DNA of 61,393 bases, filler included, from Candidatus Woesearchaeota archaeon CG1_02_57_44 (GTDB lineage: Archaea; Nanobdellota; Nanobdellia; Woesearchaeales; CG1-02-57-44): the NCBI GenBank assembly GCA_001871415.1. It is 4 parts of 4 records of this genome, joined end to end, with 100 filler letters (N's around TTAATTAATTAA, not from the genome) between each part and the next. Parts side by side here need not be neighbours in the genome. Positions count along the whole stretch, not along the records: positions 40,210 to 56,036 come from MNWW01000064.1; positions 56,137 to 61,393 come from MNWW01000060.1; 2 more parts are not named here. One strand, written 5' to 3'. Numbering within the stretch: position 1 is the first letter of the stretch; every line of letters begins with the position of its first letter. Shown in pieces: positions 50,331 to 59,547 of this stretch. The notes under the pieces are model-generated. The model saw only the letters and a program-made list of their open reading frames with translations, had not been told where the DNA came from and did no database searches. The translations under genes and the position numbers were made by a program.

Positions 50331-51152
50331 ATGACCGATAAAGACAATGAGCATCTGGCCCTGAAGGGCCCGCGCTTCATGCTCGCGCCCATGGAGGGCA
50401 TCAGCGATGTGGCGTTTCGCCACTGGTGCCATCTGCATGGCGCGGAGGTGACCTTCACGGAGATGGCAAGAGTGGACGCTCTGCTGCGCGGCAACAGGGC
50501 GACGTGGCAGCGCCTTATGCGTGACAGCACCCCTACCATCCTGCAGGTGCTGGCGTCCAGGCCAAAGGACCTTGACGCGCTTCTGCGTGGGCTGCCCGAT
50601 CGATTCGACGGGATCAACCTGAATCTGGGCTGCCCGGGTCCGGAGATTGTGCGCTCAGGACAAGGTTGCGCCATGATAAAGCGCATCAGCCGCGTGCAGG
50701 AGCTGGTGCAGGTCATCAAGCGCAATGGCTATGAGGCCAGCATCAAGATGCGCCTGGGCCTGAACGCGTACGAGAAGGAGCGCAAGGCTTACCTGCATCT
50801 CATCGATGCGGTGGACGCTGAGTTCTTTGTCATCCACGCACGCCATGGCAGGCAGTCATCCGCGCAGCCGGCTGACTGGTCTGTGTTCCCTGAGCTGGTC
50901 GCGACAGGAAAGCGCATCATCGCGAATGGCGATATCAGCGAGCCCCTGCACCTGCAGCAGCTGGCAGGCGTGGCTGGCGTCATGATTGGGCGCGCGGCCG
51001 TGCACGACCCTTGCGTGTTCGCGCGGCTCCGGGGCAAGGAGTGCGACGCGGACCTTGACGAGTACCTTGCGCTCGCGAAGACATACAAGACCCCGCGCGC
51101 CTATGTCGATAGGGTGACGCGACATGCATCAACGGGTGTCATGCAGGGATGA
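50331..51152 (+). CDS. dus: tRNA-dihydrouridine synthase family protein
   Basis: LAPMEGISD, NLNLGCP, SIKMRLG, IHAR, ANGDI and GVMIGRAA motifs. Confidence 0.9.
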   Translation: MTDKDNEHLALKGPRFMLAPMEGISDVAFRHWCHLHGAEVTFTEMARVDALLRGNRATWQRLMRDSTPTILQVLASRPKDLDALLRGLPDRFDGINLNLGCPGPEIVRSGQGCAMIKRISRVQELVQVIKRNGYEASIKMRLGLNAYEKERKAYLHLIDAVDAEFFVIHARHGRQSSAQPADWSVFPELVATGKRIIANGDISEPLHLQQLAGVAGVMIGRAAVHDPCVFARLRGKECDADLDEYLALAKTYKTPRAYVDRVTRHASTGVMQG

Positions 51153-51205
51153 TGCGACAGCAGGCCCCAAAACCTTTAAATAACACGGCGCAAAAGCCCA
51201 TCTGT

Positions 51206-51892
51206 ATGCTACAAGAGCGCGATTTCATCGAATTGGACTACACGGGCACCACAGAGGGCACTGTCTTTGATACAACGTCCATGAAGGTAGCCAAGGAGCA
51301 TGGTCTTCCTGACAAGGGCCTCAAGCCCGCTGTCGTCTGCCTTGGCGAGTTTGGCATCATAACAGCCCTGGCGAAGGAGCTTATCGGCAAGGAGCCGGGC
51401 AAGGACTATACCATCACCTTGCAGGACGCGTTCGGCAAGAAGAGCGCAGCTGCCATACGCATGATACCAGCGTCAGCGTTCAGGCGCGACAAGGTCGTGC
51501 CCCAGCCGGGCATGCAGATAACGGTCGATGGGCAGATGGGCACCATCATGACCGCACGCGGTGGCAGGTTCATGGTCGATTTCAACCATCCACTGGCCAG
51601 CAGGATCGTGTCGTATCAGGTCAAGGTCAATAAGGTGCTCAGCGAACCAAGCCAGAAAGTAAAGGTCGTCATAGAGCACGCGCTCGGCACGGAGATACCG
51701 GCTGTGGAGATGGACGGCGAGACGGCAAGGGTCGTGTTGCCTGTCGATCTGCCAAAGGAGCTTCACGGGCCATTGGAAGCCAAGGCGAAGGAGCTCTGCG
51801 GCGTCTCAGCAGTAACGTTCACCAAAGTAGAGAAGAAAGAAGAGAAAGTCGAGAAGAAATCAGCAGATGGCAAAGAAACTGGGACAGCCTGA
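51206..51892 (+). CDS. Long-type archaeal FKBP peptidyl-prolyl isomerase (SlyD-like)
   Basis: DFIELDYTG, VFDTT, AFGK and VDFNHPLA motifs. Confidence 0.9.
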   Translation: MLQERDFIELDYTGTTEGTVFDTTSMKVAKEHGLPDKGLKPAVVCLGEFGIITALAKELIGKEPGKDYTITLQDAFGKKSAAAIRMIPASAFRRDKVVPQPGMQITVDGQMGTIMTARGGRFMVDFNHPLASRIVSYQVKVNKVLSEPSQKVKVVIEHALGTEIPAVEMDGETARVVLPVDLPKELHGPLEAKAKELCGVSAVTFTKVEKKEEKVEKKSADGKETGTA

Positions 51893-53078
51893 GATCAGCA
51901 TCGGCCTCGTTGGCCATGTGGATCACGGCAAGACGACACTCACCGAGCGGCTTAGCGGTAAGTGGACCGACACGCATTCTGAGGAGATAAAGCGAGGTAT
52001 CACCATCCGCCTGGGCTACGCTGACCTGGTCATCTACAAGGCAGAGGACGGTTCCCTGACCACGGATGAGAAGAAAGGCAAAGAGGCCGTGCGCAAGATA
52101 TCATTCGTCGACGCTCCTGGCCACGAGTCGCTCATGGCGACCATGCTGTGCGGCGCGACCATCATCGATGGCGCCCTGCTGCTGATAGCAGCCAATGAGC
52201 CCTGCCCTTTGCCGCAGACACGAGAGCACCTGACTGCCCTGGAGATAATCGGTGTCGAGCGCGTGATAGTAGTACAGAACAAGGTCGATCTGGTGAGCCC
52301 GGAGGACGCCAAGAAAAACCATCAGCAGATAGCAGCGTTCCTGGCTGAGACTCCGTACAAGGACGCGCCCATCATCCCCATCTCAGCGCAGCATGGCGTG
52401 AACATGGACTTCCTGCTGCAGGCCATCCAGGACACATTTCCCACGCCAAAGCGTGACGCCAAGAAGGAGCCGCTCATGTTCATTGCAAGGTCATTTGACA
52501 TCAACAAGCCCGGGACAGACCCACGCAAGCTGCAGGGCGGCATCCTTGGCGGCGCGCTGCGTCAGGGCGTGCTCAAGATAGGCGATACGATAGGGCTCTC
52601 GCCCGGTCACATGGTAGTCGAGAAGAACAAACAGATATGGAAACCGCTCACGACAAAGATAACAGGCATCACCACGGGCGGCGAGCAGGTGAAGCAGGCA
52701 GGCCCGGGCGGCAGCATCGGTGTCATGACAGAGCTTGATCCGGCAGTGGTCAAGGCAGATTCCCTGACCGGATGCCTCGTGGGCAGGCCTGACAAGCTGC
52801 CTCCTGTCTGGTACAGTTTCACGCTCGAGACGCACCTGCTGGAGCGCGTGGTCGGCAGCAAGGACGATCTGGTCGTCGAGCCCATCAAGCGTCAGGAGAT
52901 GCTCATGCTCAATGTCAATGCGGCCGCGACCGTGGGCATCGTGTCAGAGCTCGGCAAGAACCAGTTCACCTGCTCCCTGAAGATACCGGTGTGCGCTGAT
53001 CCCGGCAGCCGCGTGACCATATCCCGCCGCGTCGGCAATCGCTTCCGGCTCATCGGCTTTGGCATCATCAAGGAGTGA
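51867..53078 (+). CDS. eif2g: Translation initiation factor aIF2 gamma subunit
   Basis: GHVDHGKT, HSEEIKRGITIRLGYA, DAPGHE, QNKVD, RSFDINKPG and RLIGFG motifs. Confidence 0.96.
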   Translation: MAKKLGQPEISIGLVGHVDHGKTTLTERLSGKWTDTHSEEIKRGITIRLGYADLVIYKAEDGSLTTDEKKGKEAVRKISFVDAPGHESLMATMLCGATIIDGALLLIAANEPCPLPQTREHLTALEIIGVERVIVVQNKVDLVSPEDAKKNHQQIAAFLAETPYKDAPIIPISAQHGVNMDFLLQAIQDTFPTPKRDAKKEPLMFIARSFDINKPGTDPRKLQGGILGGALRQGVLKIGDTIGLSPGHMVVEKNKQIWKPLTTKITGITTGGEQVKQAGPGGSIGVMTELDPAVVKADSLTGCLVGRPDKLPPVWYSFTLETHLLERVVGSKDDLVVEPIKRQEMLMLNVNAAATVGIVSELGKNQFTCSLKIPVCADPGSRVTISRRVGNRFRLIGFGIIKE

Positions 53079-53433
53079 CCTGACCCAGTATCCTTCTACT
53101 CCATTTCGCCCCCATATTCTTCCATGGCGAGGGTTAACGTGTGAAGCATCTGTGCATGAGGCACGTTCCGCCTGCATGCGATACGACGTGGCTGATGGAG
53201 CATCCGCCGCATGCCGTCGAGCATCATACAAAGGCCTCCACACCTGAGCAGCTCAGCACCACAGCAGTCATGCGGCACTCGCCCCGCTGATTCAAGAGCC
53301 CTATAGCTTGACCATTTGCGCAAAGCAGCGAAATAAAACAGCAGGATAAGCCCCCCACACTCATTACGATTTCCTTCATCCCTGCCCGAAACGCTTTTAT
53401 GCTCAGCAGTGTTGCGTTGGCGCAGGTGATACT

Positions 53434-54186
53434 ATGAGAATCGCGGTCATCGGCTATGGCGTCATGGGGCATATCATCGCGGATTGCGCGCGCAAGAGAG
53501 GGCATGATGTCGTGGCGACCATAGACCCGGTGGCTGCTGATGCCACGCACAAGGATATCGCGTCAGGTGTCAAGGACGCTGAGGTGTGCATCGACTTCAC
53601 GCATCCTACTGCCGCGGTGGGCAACATCAAGGCCGTCATGGCCGCAGGCAAGCGGCTGGTCATCGGCACGACCGGCTGGTATGGGCAACTCGATGAGGTC
53701 AAGCCCCTGGTCAAGACTGCCCTGCTGTATTCACCGAATTTTTCCATTGGCGTCAATATCTTCTTTCGTATGGTCTCTGGCGCGGCTCAGCTGTTCAATC
53801 CCTTCCCCGACTATGATGTCTATTCCTATGAGCTGCATCACACGCGAAAGGCGGATTCGCCAAGCGGCACAGGCAAGCGCCTTGGCGAGCTGTTGCTGGC
53901 GGGCCTTGACCGCAAGGACACGCTTATTTTCGACAAGCTTGACAGGCCGCGCAAGGACAACGAGCTGCACGTCGCGTCGGTCAGAGCCGGTAACATACCT
54001 GGCACGCATGTCGTGGGGTTTGATTCCGACGTCGACAGCATCGAGATGGTGCATACTGCCAAGAACCGTGAGGGTTTCGCCCTTGGCGCGGTGATAGCCG
54101 CGGAATGGATACTGGACAAGAAGGGAGTCTTCTCCATCGACGACCTCATGGATGACGTGCTCAGGGGCAGGATGCCGTCATCGTAG
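53434..54186 (+). CDS. dapB: 4-hydroxy-tetrahydrodipicolinate reductase
   Basis: IDFTHP, IGTTGW, PNFSIGVN, ELHHTRKADSPSGT and HTAKNREGFALGA motifs. Confidence 0.93.
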   Translation: MRIAVIGYGVMGHIIADCARKRGHDVVATIDPVAADATHKDIASGVKDAEVCIDFTHPTAAVGNIKAVMAAGKRLVIGTTGWYGQLDEVKPLVKTALLYSPNFSIGVNIFFRMVSGAAQLFNPFPDYDVYSYELHHTRKADSPSGTGKRLGELLLAGLDRKDTLIFDKLDRPRKDNELHVASVRAGNIPGTHVVGFDSDVDSIEMVHTAKNREGFALGAVIAAEWILDKKGVFSIDDLMDDVLRGRMPSS

Positions 54187-54394
54187 CCTGAAATGAGCGC
54201 GTAGCAGGAGCAACAGCAGCCGTGCTCTCGATAGGCAACTCAACGCTCTGCTCTATAAGCGCGTTCACGTCAAACACAGGCATGACCAGTGACAGGTCAA
54301 CAGTCCATCATTGACCCATGGTCAGACAGGTGATAAGGATGTGTGAATAGTGATACCGTGAGTTCATTGCAGGAAGGTCGCGGCCCGGACCAGT

Positions 54395-54877
54395 CTATGT
54401 TGCGAGTATCCTGATGGTCTCTCGTTGTACAGTGAGGATGAGCTCTTTGAGGGTCTTGAGCTGACCGAGATCGATGCTGGTCTCGACGCCGTAGGTGGAG
54501 AGCTCTCTGCTTGCGCGTATGGTGGACGAAGACGCGTGCGTGTCAGGGTCTAGTGTGTCGAACTGTGCGATGAGGTCGCGCTCGAGGGTTACTGCTTTTT
54601 CTGCTATGAGGGTTTGCAGGGCAGTGATGGTGCACGCTTGGTTTCTGGATGCGTAGCCGTATTTCGCGAGGATGGCCAGAAAGCAGTGGTAGATAGCGTA
54701 GAATCCGGCATTGAGTGCCCAATCACGCATGTCATGTTCTTCAAGGGTCTGGAGTACGATATAGTTGTACTCTGATTTTTGTAGGTGTCTGCGTGCGAGC
54801 GTGAGGTTGGGTTTGACGCGTGAGAGGCGTTTTGGGTCTTTCATGCACCATTTGAGGTGTTCTTTGATTTGAGGCAT
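54395..54877 (-). CDS. HEPN-domain protein (putative toxin)
   Basis: HLQKSEYN, DWALNAGFYAIYHCFLAIL, SRNQACTI and RELSTYG motifs. Confidence 0.82.
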   Translation of the reverse strand: MPQIKEHLKWCMKDPKRLSRVKPNLTLARRHLQKSEYNYIVLQTLEEHDMRDWALNAGFYAIYHCFLAILAKYGYASRNQACTITALQTLIAEKAVTLERDLIAQFDTLDPDTHASSSTIRASRELSTYGVETSIDLGQLKTLKELILTVQRETIRILAT

Positions 54878-55473
54878 TGTTGGACCACCCGGACGTATGT
54901 CTCTGGATTATGGAAGATGATGTTCTCTGATAGCATGGAGTAGAAGGCAGGGTTGTCTTTGTTGGTGAGGATGTCGACGGGGGTGATGTCCACGTAGCGG
55001 ACGGGTTTGGTGATGAGTTGGGATCTTTGGATGGCTTGTTTTATGGAGCGGGTGTTCTTCGATTGGTCGGGCTCGTACATGAGGAGGACGTCGATATCGT
55101 GGTGTTGCTTGTTGTGGATGGATGAGCCGAAGATGATACCAAGCTCAATGTGTTGATTGAATTTTTGGAGGCTGTGAATCGGCACGGTCAACCAGGAGGG
55201 TGCATACCGGGCTTCTATGCTGAGCAGGTAGGTCATGAAGCTGATGGCTGAGGGGGAAGCATAGGCGAAGCTGTAGTAGTTGGCGTTGCCGAGGGATTTG
55301 ATGGTAAGGAGTGATTTGTTTACGAGAGATTGGCAAAGCTTATTGGTATGTGCGTGGTTGATGCCGAGGAGTCGTGCTATGGTTCTGGAGTTGAGTTCGT
55401 CGTTGTAGTGCTTAAAGAGGTAGGTGAGTATGCGAAGCTCTGCCTTCGTGAATTGTATGTTGCTGACATCCAT
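54841..55473 (-). CDS. wHTH plus minimal nucleotidyltransferase (MNT) antitoxin
   Basis: NSRTIARLLGINHAH HTH; IFGSSIHNKQHHDIDVL (GS...DxD); overlaps the HEPN gene. Confidence 0.82.
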   Translation of the reverse strand: MDVSNIQFTKAELRILTYLFKHYNDELNSRTIARLLGINHAHTNKLCQSLVNKSLLTIKSLGNANYYSFAYASPSAISFMTYLLSIEARYAPSWLTVPIHSLQKFNQHIELGIIFGSSIHNKQHHDIDVLLMYEPDQSKNTRSIKQAIQRSQLITKPVRYVDITPVDILTNKDNPAFYSMLSENIIFHNPETYVRVVQQCLKSKNTSNGA

Positions 55474-55904
55474 TCGTATGCTGATAGCACATATACTATA
55501 TTAAGGTTTCCCCGCCATCATGCTCCGACGTCAAAAGCGAGAAGTCCACCTGTCGCGTATGATCCGAAGAACGCTCAGCAATTCATCACCCGATACAAAT
55601 TCGTGCCCCCATACCGCCCGCCAATACCATCCTGCACGTCCCTGCCAGCACGCGCGATATTGCAGGGGGAGCCAGAGGTGGTATCAGTGAGCGTGGGCTG
55701 CTGGTTTAGCATGGTGGATTGACAGGCAAGTTTTCAATTTTTGCCTGTGATATAGTGATTGTGTATTGTGCTTGTTGTTAGAGCGCTTTTGAATTATTTA
55801 AAAAGCACAATGGTACGAGTTTCATTAAAATCATAACGAATTTGATTTACAGTTACTGTTTGATGACATCATGTTTAAATAATCAATACGGAATAGTCAA
55901 GGCA

Positions 55905-56036
55905 ATGGATGAGTCTGTTTCGCGTAGGGAAGCACTAAGAAGGGCATTGGGCCTTGCTGGAGGCGTAGCAGTCAACACAACAGGCCTGGCCGCTCTAGCT
56001 AGCCTTCTCGCGCCAGAACCAGCGCGAGCGGATGAC
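55905..56036 (+). CDS. N-terminus of a protein with a twin-arginine-like signal (truncated by gap)
   Basis: MDESVSRREALRRALGLAGG...PARA; TTTAAATA box upstream. Confidence 0.55.
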
Positions 56037-56136
56037 NNNNNNNNNNNNNNNNNNNNNNNNNNNNNNNNNNNNNNNNNNNNTTAATTAATTAANNNNNNNN
56101 NNNNNNNNNNNNNNNNNNNNNNNNNNNNNNNNNNNN
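56037..56136. other. Contig-join spacer (artificial)
   Basis: Ns plus TTAATTAATTAA. Confidence 0.97.
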
Positions 56137-56240
56137 CGAGAGGTAAGGGCGCGATGGTCCTGTCACCAGAGACGCAAGCGGAATTTCAGCGCCTTGTCGA
56201 AGGACACCGTCGTCTGCTTGAGGCGATAGGGAAGCTGTAG

Positions 56241-56381
56241 TGTTATTGCAAAGCACGGGGTTGAATACCCCGTCCTTCAGGACGTGCTTTGCAATTCAAA
56301 AATCCGCCTGCAATGACGAGGCGCGGTAATACCGCGGCCTTCAGGCCGCGGTTAGCGCCGAGTGGTGGATTTTTGTTATTC
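56241..56381 (-). mobile_element. 141-bp non-coding palindromic element, copy 2
   Basis: Reverse complement of 39883-40023 with 2 substitutions; starts immediately after a TAG stop at 56240. Confidence 0.75.
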
Positions 56382-56532
56382 GAAGCGCTTGCGTCAACGC
56401 GGGTTCGAGCAGCACCCAAAGGTAACGTCCGTGGCGAAGGATAGGAAGTCGGTTGAGATTGAGTTGTCCTGATGCCAGGAGTCATGAAATACTGCGTCTT
56501 ATCGTTTGAATAGTGTGAATATAAAGAAAAGG

Positions 56533-56649
56533 TGTGAACAGCTTTCTGCGGTTCCCGCGTAAAACGCAGTACAGTGCAAAACGTTGGCCTGCTTGACTTC
56601 CGAGTTCGAAATGGGATCGGGTAGGACCAGGCCGCTATGGCCGTTCACA
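56533..56649 (-). rRNA. rrf: 5S ribosomal RNA (stand-alone)
   Basis: Minus strand TGTGAACGGCCATAGCGG...ACCCGATCCCATTTCGAACTCGGAAGTCAAG...GTACTG...GGGAAC...GCTGTTCACA; paired termini; TTTATAAG box about 25 nt upstream and T-tract downstream. Confidence 0.93.
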
Positions 56650-56764
56650 GAGCCGAGAAACAGGGGTTGGCTTATAAAGCTTGCGGTCAGCGTCAAGGGC
56701 AGGAACGCATGAGCCAGACGCCCCAGACAAGTATCTCCCGACAGCCGCGAGCTCCTTCGTGACC

Positions 56765-57025
56765 TCACCGATGCGGGCAGCCGGGCCAGCAGCAGGGCCG
56801 ACGCTTGCCCTTGAGCAGGTCCTCGTGCAGCCTCTTGATATGCTTCTGCCGTGTCTCCGGCTTCTTGACAGAGATGGTCCAGCAGATCCACTCATTGCGG
56901 GCCAGGGGCGTAAGGTCGTTCCAGGCGTCGCGCAGTGCTGCTGAGGCGCTCAGTGCCTTGCGCAGGTCTGCGGGGATGTCATGCGCTACGCCTGTGGCGA
57001 GCGTCGGTGCTGGCATGCTGGTCAT
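56765..57025 (-). CDS. YdeI/OmpD-associated family protein
   Basis: IPADLRKAL...WNDLTPLARNEWICW..SVKKPETR...GKRRPCCWPGCPHR. Confidence 0.85.
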   Translation of the reverse strand: MTSMPAPTLATGVAHDIPADLRKALSASAALRDAWNDLTPLARNEWICWTISVKKPETRQKHIKRLHEDLLKGKRRPCCWPGCPHR

Positions 57026-57099
57026 GGGGGGTCTGGGCTTTTTTATAGGTTCCCCTTGATTGATAGACAATGGACAGCCGTGTGCTGATGGTGCGCGCA

Positions 57100-57522
57100 C
57101 TATATCACCGCGTAGACCTTGCAGATCTCCTTCATCTTCTGCCGCTTCTCGTCATCGCCAAGCGTCCTGCCCCGTGACCAGGGCTGGTTGCCATAGTAGC
57201 GGTCCCAGAGCGCGGGCGCGAGCGCATCAAAGCGTGCCAGGCATTCATCGTTCCAGGGGCGCGCCTCGCGCGAGAACGCGCCAAGCTCGACGCTCAGCCC
57301 CGGCATCTTGCGCGCAGCATGCCCGCGCGTCAGGAACTCATCCAGGATGTCCCCGGCGGTGCCGTCATACGCGATGCGCCATGCGCGGGGCATCTTGCCG
57401 ACATTGGTGATGTACGCGACGAGCACGGACTGTCCTTGGACCAGCGGCGGCTGCTCCATCAGGTAGTCGACGATACTCCCGCGCTCCGGCGCTCCTTCAG
57501 TGATGCCGACGATGTCTGGCAT
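57100..57522 (-). CDS. Hypothetical protein
   Basis: 140-aa ORF from MPDIVG; no family recognised. Confidence 0.5.
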   Translation of the reverse strand: MPDIVGITEGAPERGSIVDYLMEQPPLVQGQSVLVAYITNVGKMPRAWRIAYDGTAGDILDEFLTRGHAARKMPGLSVELGAFSREARPWNDECLARFDALAPALWDRYYGNQPWSRGRTLGDDEKRQKMKEICKVYAVI

Positions 57523-57705
57523 GAGGGGAGATGAATGCGCATGGAAATAATAATATTGTCTTTGGACAAGGGTGGCGCTCTGATAATCCAGCGCAACAAT
57601 GGCAGCGATGGCAATAATATCATGGCAATAATAGTATGGTCCTTGGACGTGAGGATTACTCTTGGACCATTTCACTTATATACCCCTTCGCGTTCCAGCA
57701 GGTCC

Positions 57706-58335
57706 ATGGGTGAGCCACTGCATGCCGAAGCTGAGGGTGCTGCTGATGCGCAGGCGCGAGTCGATGCCGCTATCAAGGCAGCGAGAGCGGGCATCCCTGT
57801 CATCATCCTCGACCATCGCGAGCTGGAAGGCGATTTCGTCATCCCGGCGCAGCACGCGACGCCGCAGGTCATCAATTTCATGCTGCAGCACGGCCGTGGC
57901 GTGCTCTGTGCGGCCATGATGCCGGAGCGCGCGCAGGAGATAGGCATCAGGCCTCCAGCAGAGCTCGGCTCTACCGAATGCCCGTTCAGCGACAGCATCG
58001 ACCTGAAAGAAGGCACGACCACTGGCGTCTCGGCGGACGACCGCAGCAAGACGATACGGGCAGTGGCCGAAAGCCGGATAGCGCGCCCAGACCTTCGCGT
58101 CCCTGGTCACGTGCGCACGCTCGTCGCGCGCCCAGGTCTACTCAAAGAGCGTCAAGGTCATACAGAATCTTCTATCGCGCTGTGCAAGGCAGCAGGGTGC
58201 TATCCTGCCGCTGCCATCATCGAGATACTCAATCCGGACGGCACGATGATGCGAGAGCAAGACCTCGAGAAGTTCGCAAAGGAGCTCAACCTGCCGCTGG
58301 TGCGGGTGGATGAATTGATGGCATATGTGTCCTGA
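57706..58335 (+). CDS. ribB: 3,4-dihydroxy-2-butanone-4-phosphate synthase
   Basis: RELEGD, INFM, TTGVSADDR, PGH, RQGHTE and EILNPDGTM motifs; TTATATA box upstream. Confidence 0.9.
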   Translation: MGEPLHAEAEGAADAQARVDAAIKAARAGIPVIILDHRELEGDFVIPAQHATPQVINFMLQHGRGVLCAAMMPERAQEIGIRPPAELGSTECPFSDSIDLKEGTTTGVSADDRSKTIRAVAESRIARPDLRVPGHVRTLVARPGLLKERQGHTESSIALCKAAGCYPAAAIIEILNPDGTMMREQDLEKFAKELNLPLVRVDELMAYVS

Positions 58336-58616
58336 TGGGATGCGTGCGATGTCTCTTATTGATGGCATAGGTGCACTGATGGAATGTATGCGGTGTCTCT
58401 TGTCGTCCGTCTTTGGACCTGACGTGTGTGGTGCTCAGCAGGAAGAGATGCCGGCCTCCGTGTGTTGTGAGTTCTGCTGGCCTTGCCAGCACTACTCCAG
58501 AGCTCGTCATCAGCCGGCAGGAGAGCGTAAGCGCTCGTCGCCTATAATCCTTGCGGTGGCGTGGGGCGAATGTAGTGTTGGATGAGGAAGGAACGGGCGC
58601 GATTCTCTTGCGTTCC

Positions 58617-59423
58617 TCATGCTTTTTTCGCATACCCTGCCGCGTCATCTGCCGTATGCACGTGACACTCCTTCTCGCTTGAGAGATATCCCTTGAGCAG
58701 CCTTTGTCCTGCCAGGGTCGGGAACACGTCCTTCTCCAGCGAGCTTCCCGGTACCGAGAGCATCGAGTCCTCGCACGCGAAGATGGGCGAGAACACGATG
58801 TACTGCTGGCTCTGCCGTGGTTTCTGCATGAATTCGAGTATCGTGCTGCCCTCTATCTTGGCAGTGCCCTTGGTGCTCGGCGCGAGCGACGTGGTGAGCA
58901 GCAGCGTCGCCTCCTTGCGATCGCGCATATGCTCTTTCCAGAGCTCATTGATGTGCACGTTCGAGAACATCAGGTCGCCGTACACGACAAGAAACGCGCC
59001 CTTGACCTGCCCCCTGACCAACCGAAGAGAATCCGCCGTGCCATGACAATTGCGCTCTTCGACATACACGACCGATACCCCCAGGTCCCTGCCGTCCTTG
59101 AGGATAGAGAACATCGCTGTCAATACAGGACCGCGCGCGACGACGATTATCTTGCTGAATCCTTCGCTGCGCAGCTTCTCTACGGCGTGCACGCACACGG
59201 GCTTGCCAGAGACGAGCGCTGTCGCCCGGTATGCCTCGCCGATCCGTATCTTCTCGACCGGGCCGCCTGACAGCAGCACCGCGGTCTTCGACTCACCAAG
59301 TGATGCTCTGACCAGATGCTCGATGGCTTGGCTTCTGTTGCGTACCGTCACGTTGTCTATGATGCCATCGACCTCACGCAGCAGCGCGCTGTCGACCGTG
59401 ATGCTTATCTTCTGGCGTGGCAT
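58617..59423 (-). CDS. Ribbon-helix-helix domain fused to a degenerate sugar-phosphate nucleotidyltransferase domain
   Basis: KISITVDSALLREVD...NRSQAIE (RHH); AVLLSGG, GTADSL, FLVVYGD, EFMQKP and SLEKDVFP (NTP transferase fold); no GxGTR. Confidence 0.82.
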   Translation of the reverse strand: MPRQKISITVDSALLREVDGIIDNVTVRNRSQAIEHLVRASLGESKTAVLLSGGPVEKIRIGEAYRATALVSGKPVCVHAVEKLRSEGFSKIIVVARGPVLTAMFSILKDGRDLGVSVVYVEERNCHGTADSLRLVRGQVKGAFLVVYGDLMFSNVHINELWKEHMRDRKEATLLLTTSLAPSTKGTAKIEGSTILEFMQKPRQSQQYIVFSPIFACEDSMLSVPGSSLEKDVFPTLAGQRLLKGYLSSEKECHVHTADDAAGYAKKA

Positions 59424-59459
59424 AGGGTTCTCCGGTTGCTCTTGATCATGTCTCGACCA

Positions 59460-59524
59460 GTATTCTCCTCTGACAGGTATTCTCCTATGGTAGGAAAAAG
59501 TAGGATATTGGTAAGATATTTATA
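59460..59524. promoter_or_regulatory. Repeated motifs abutting the ugd TATA box (candidate operator)
   Basis: GTATTCTCCT twice; TCCTA-TGG-TAGGA; GTAGGA/GTAGGA/GTAAGA at 59490, 59500 and 59511; TTTATA at 59519. Confidence 0.5.
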
Positions 59525-59547
59525 GGTTTTGTTGTTGCAGGACCATC

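Noticed and set aside
53079..53433. Lysine riboswitch upstream of dapB
   Set aside because: No recognisable L-box conserved elements or long paired architecture seen.
56395..56420. GGGTTCGAGC as a tRNA T-loop
   Set aside because: No T-stem, acceptor stem or anticodon arm can be built. No tRNA was found by eye in the window.
56243..56891. ORFs 56243-56485 and 56499-56891
   Set aside because: They run through the palindromic element and the 5S rRNA; spurious.
58325..58585. Cys-rich 86-aa ORF after ribB
   Set aside because: No recognisable motif or clear RBS; cannot be supported as a gene.
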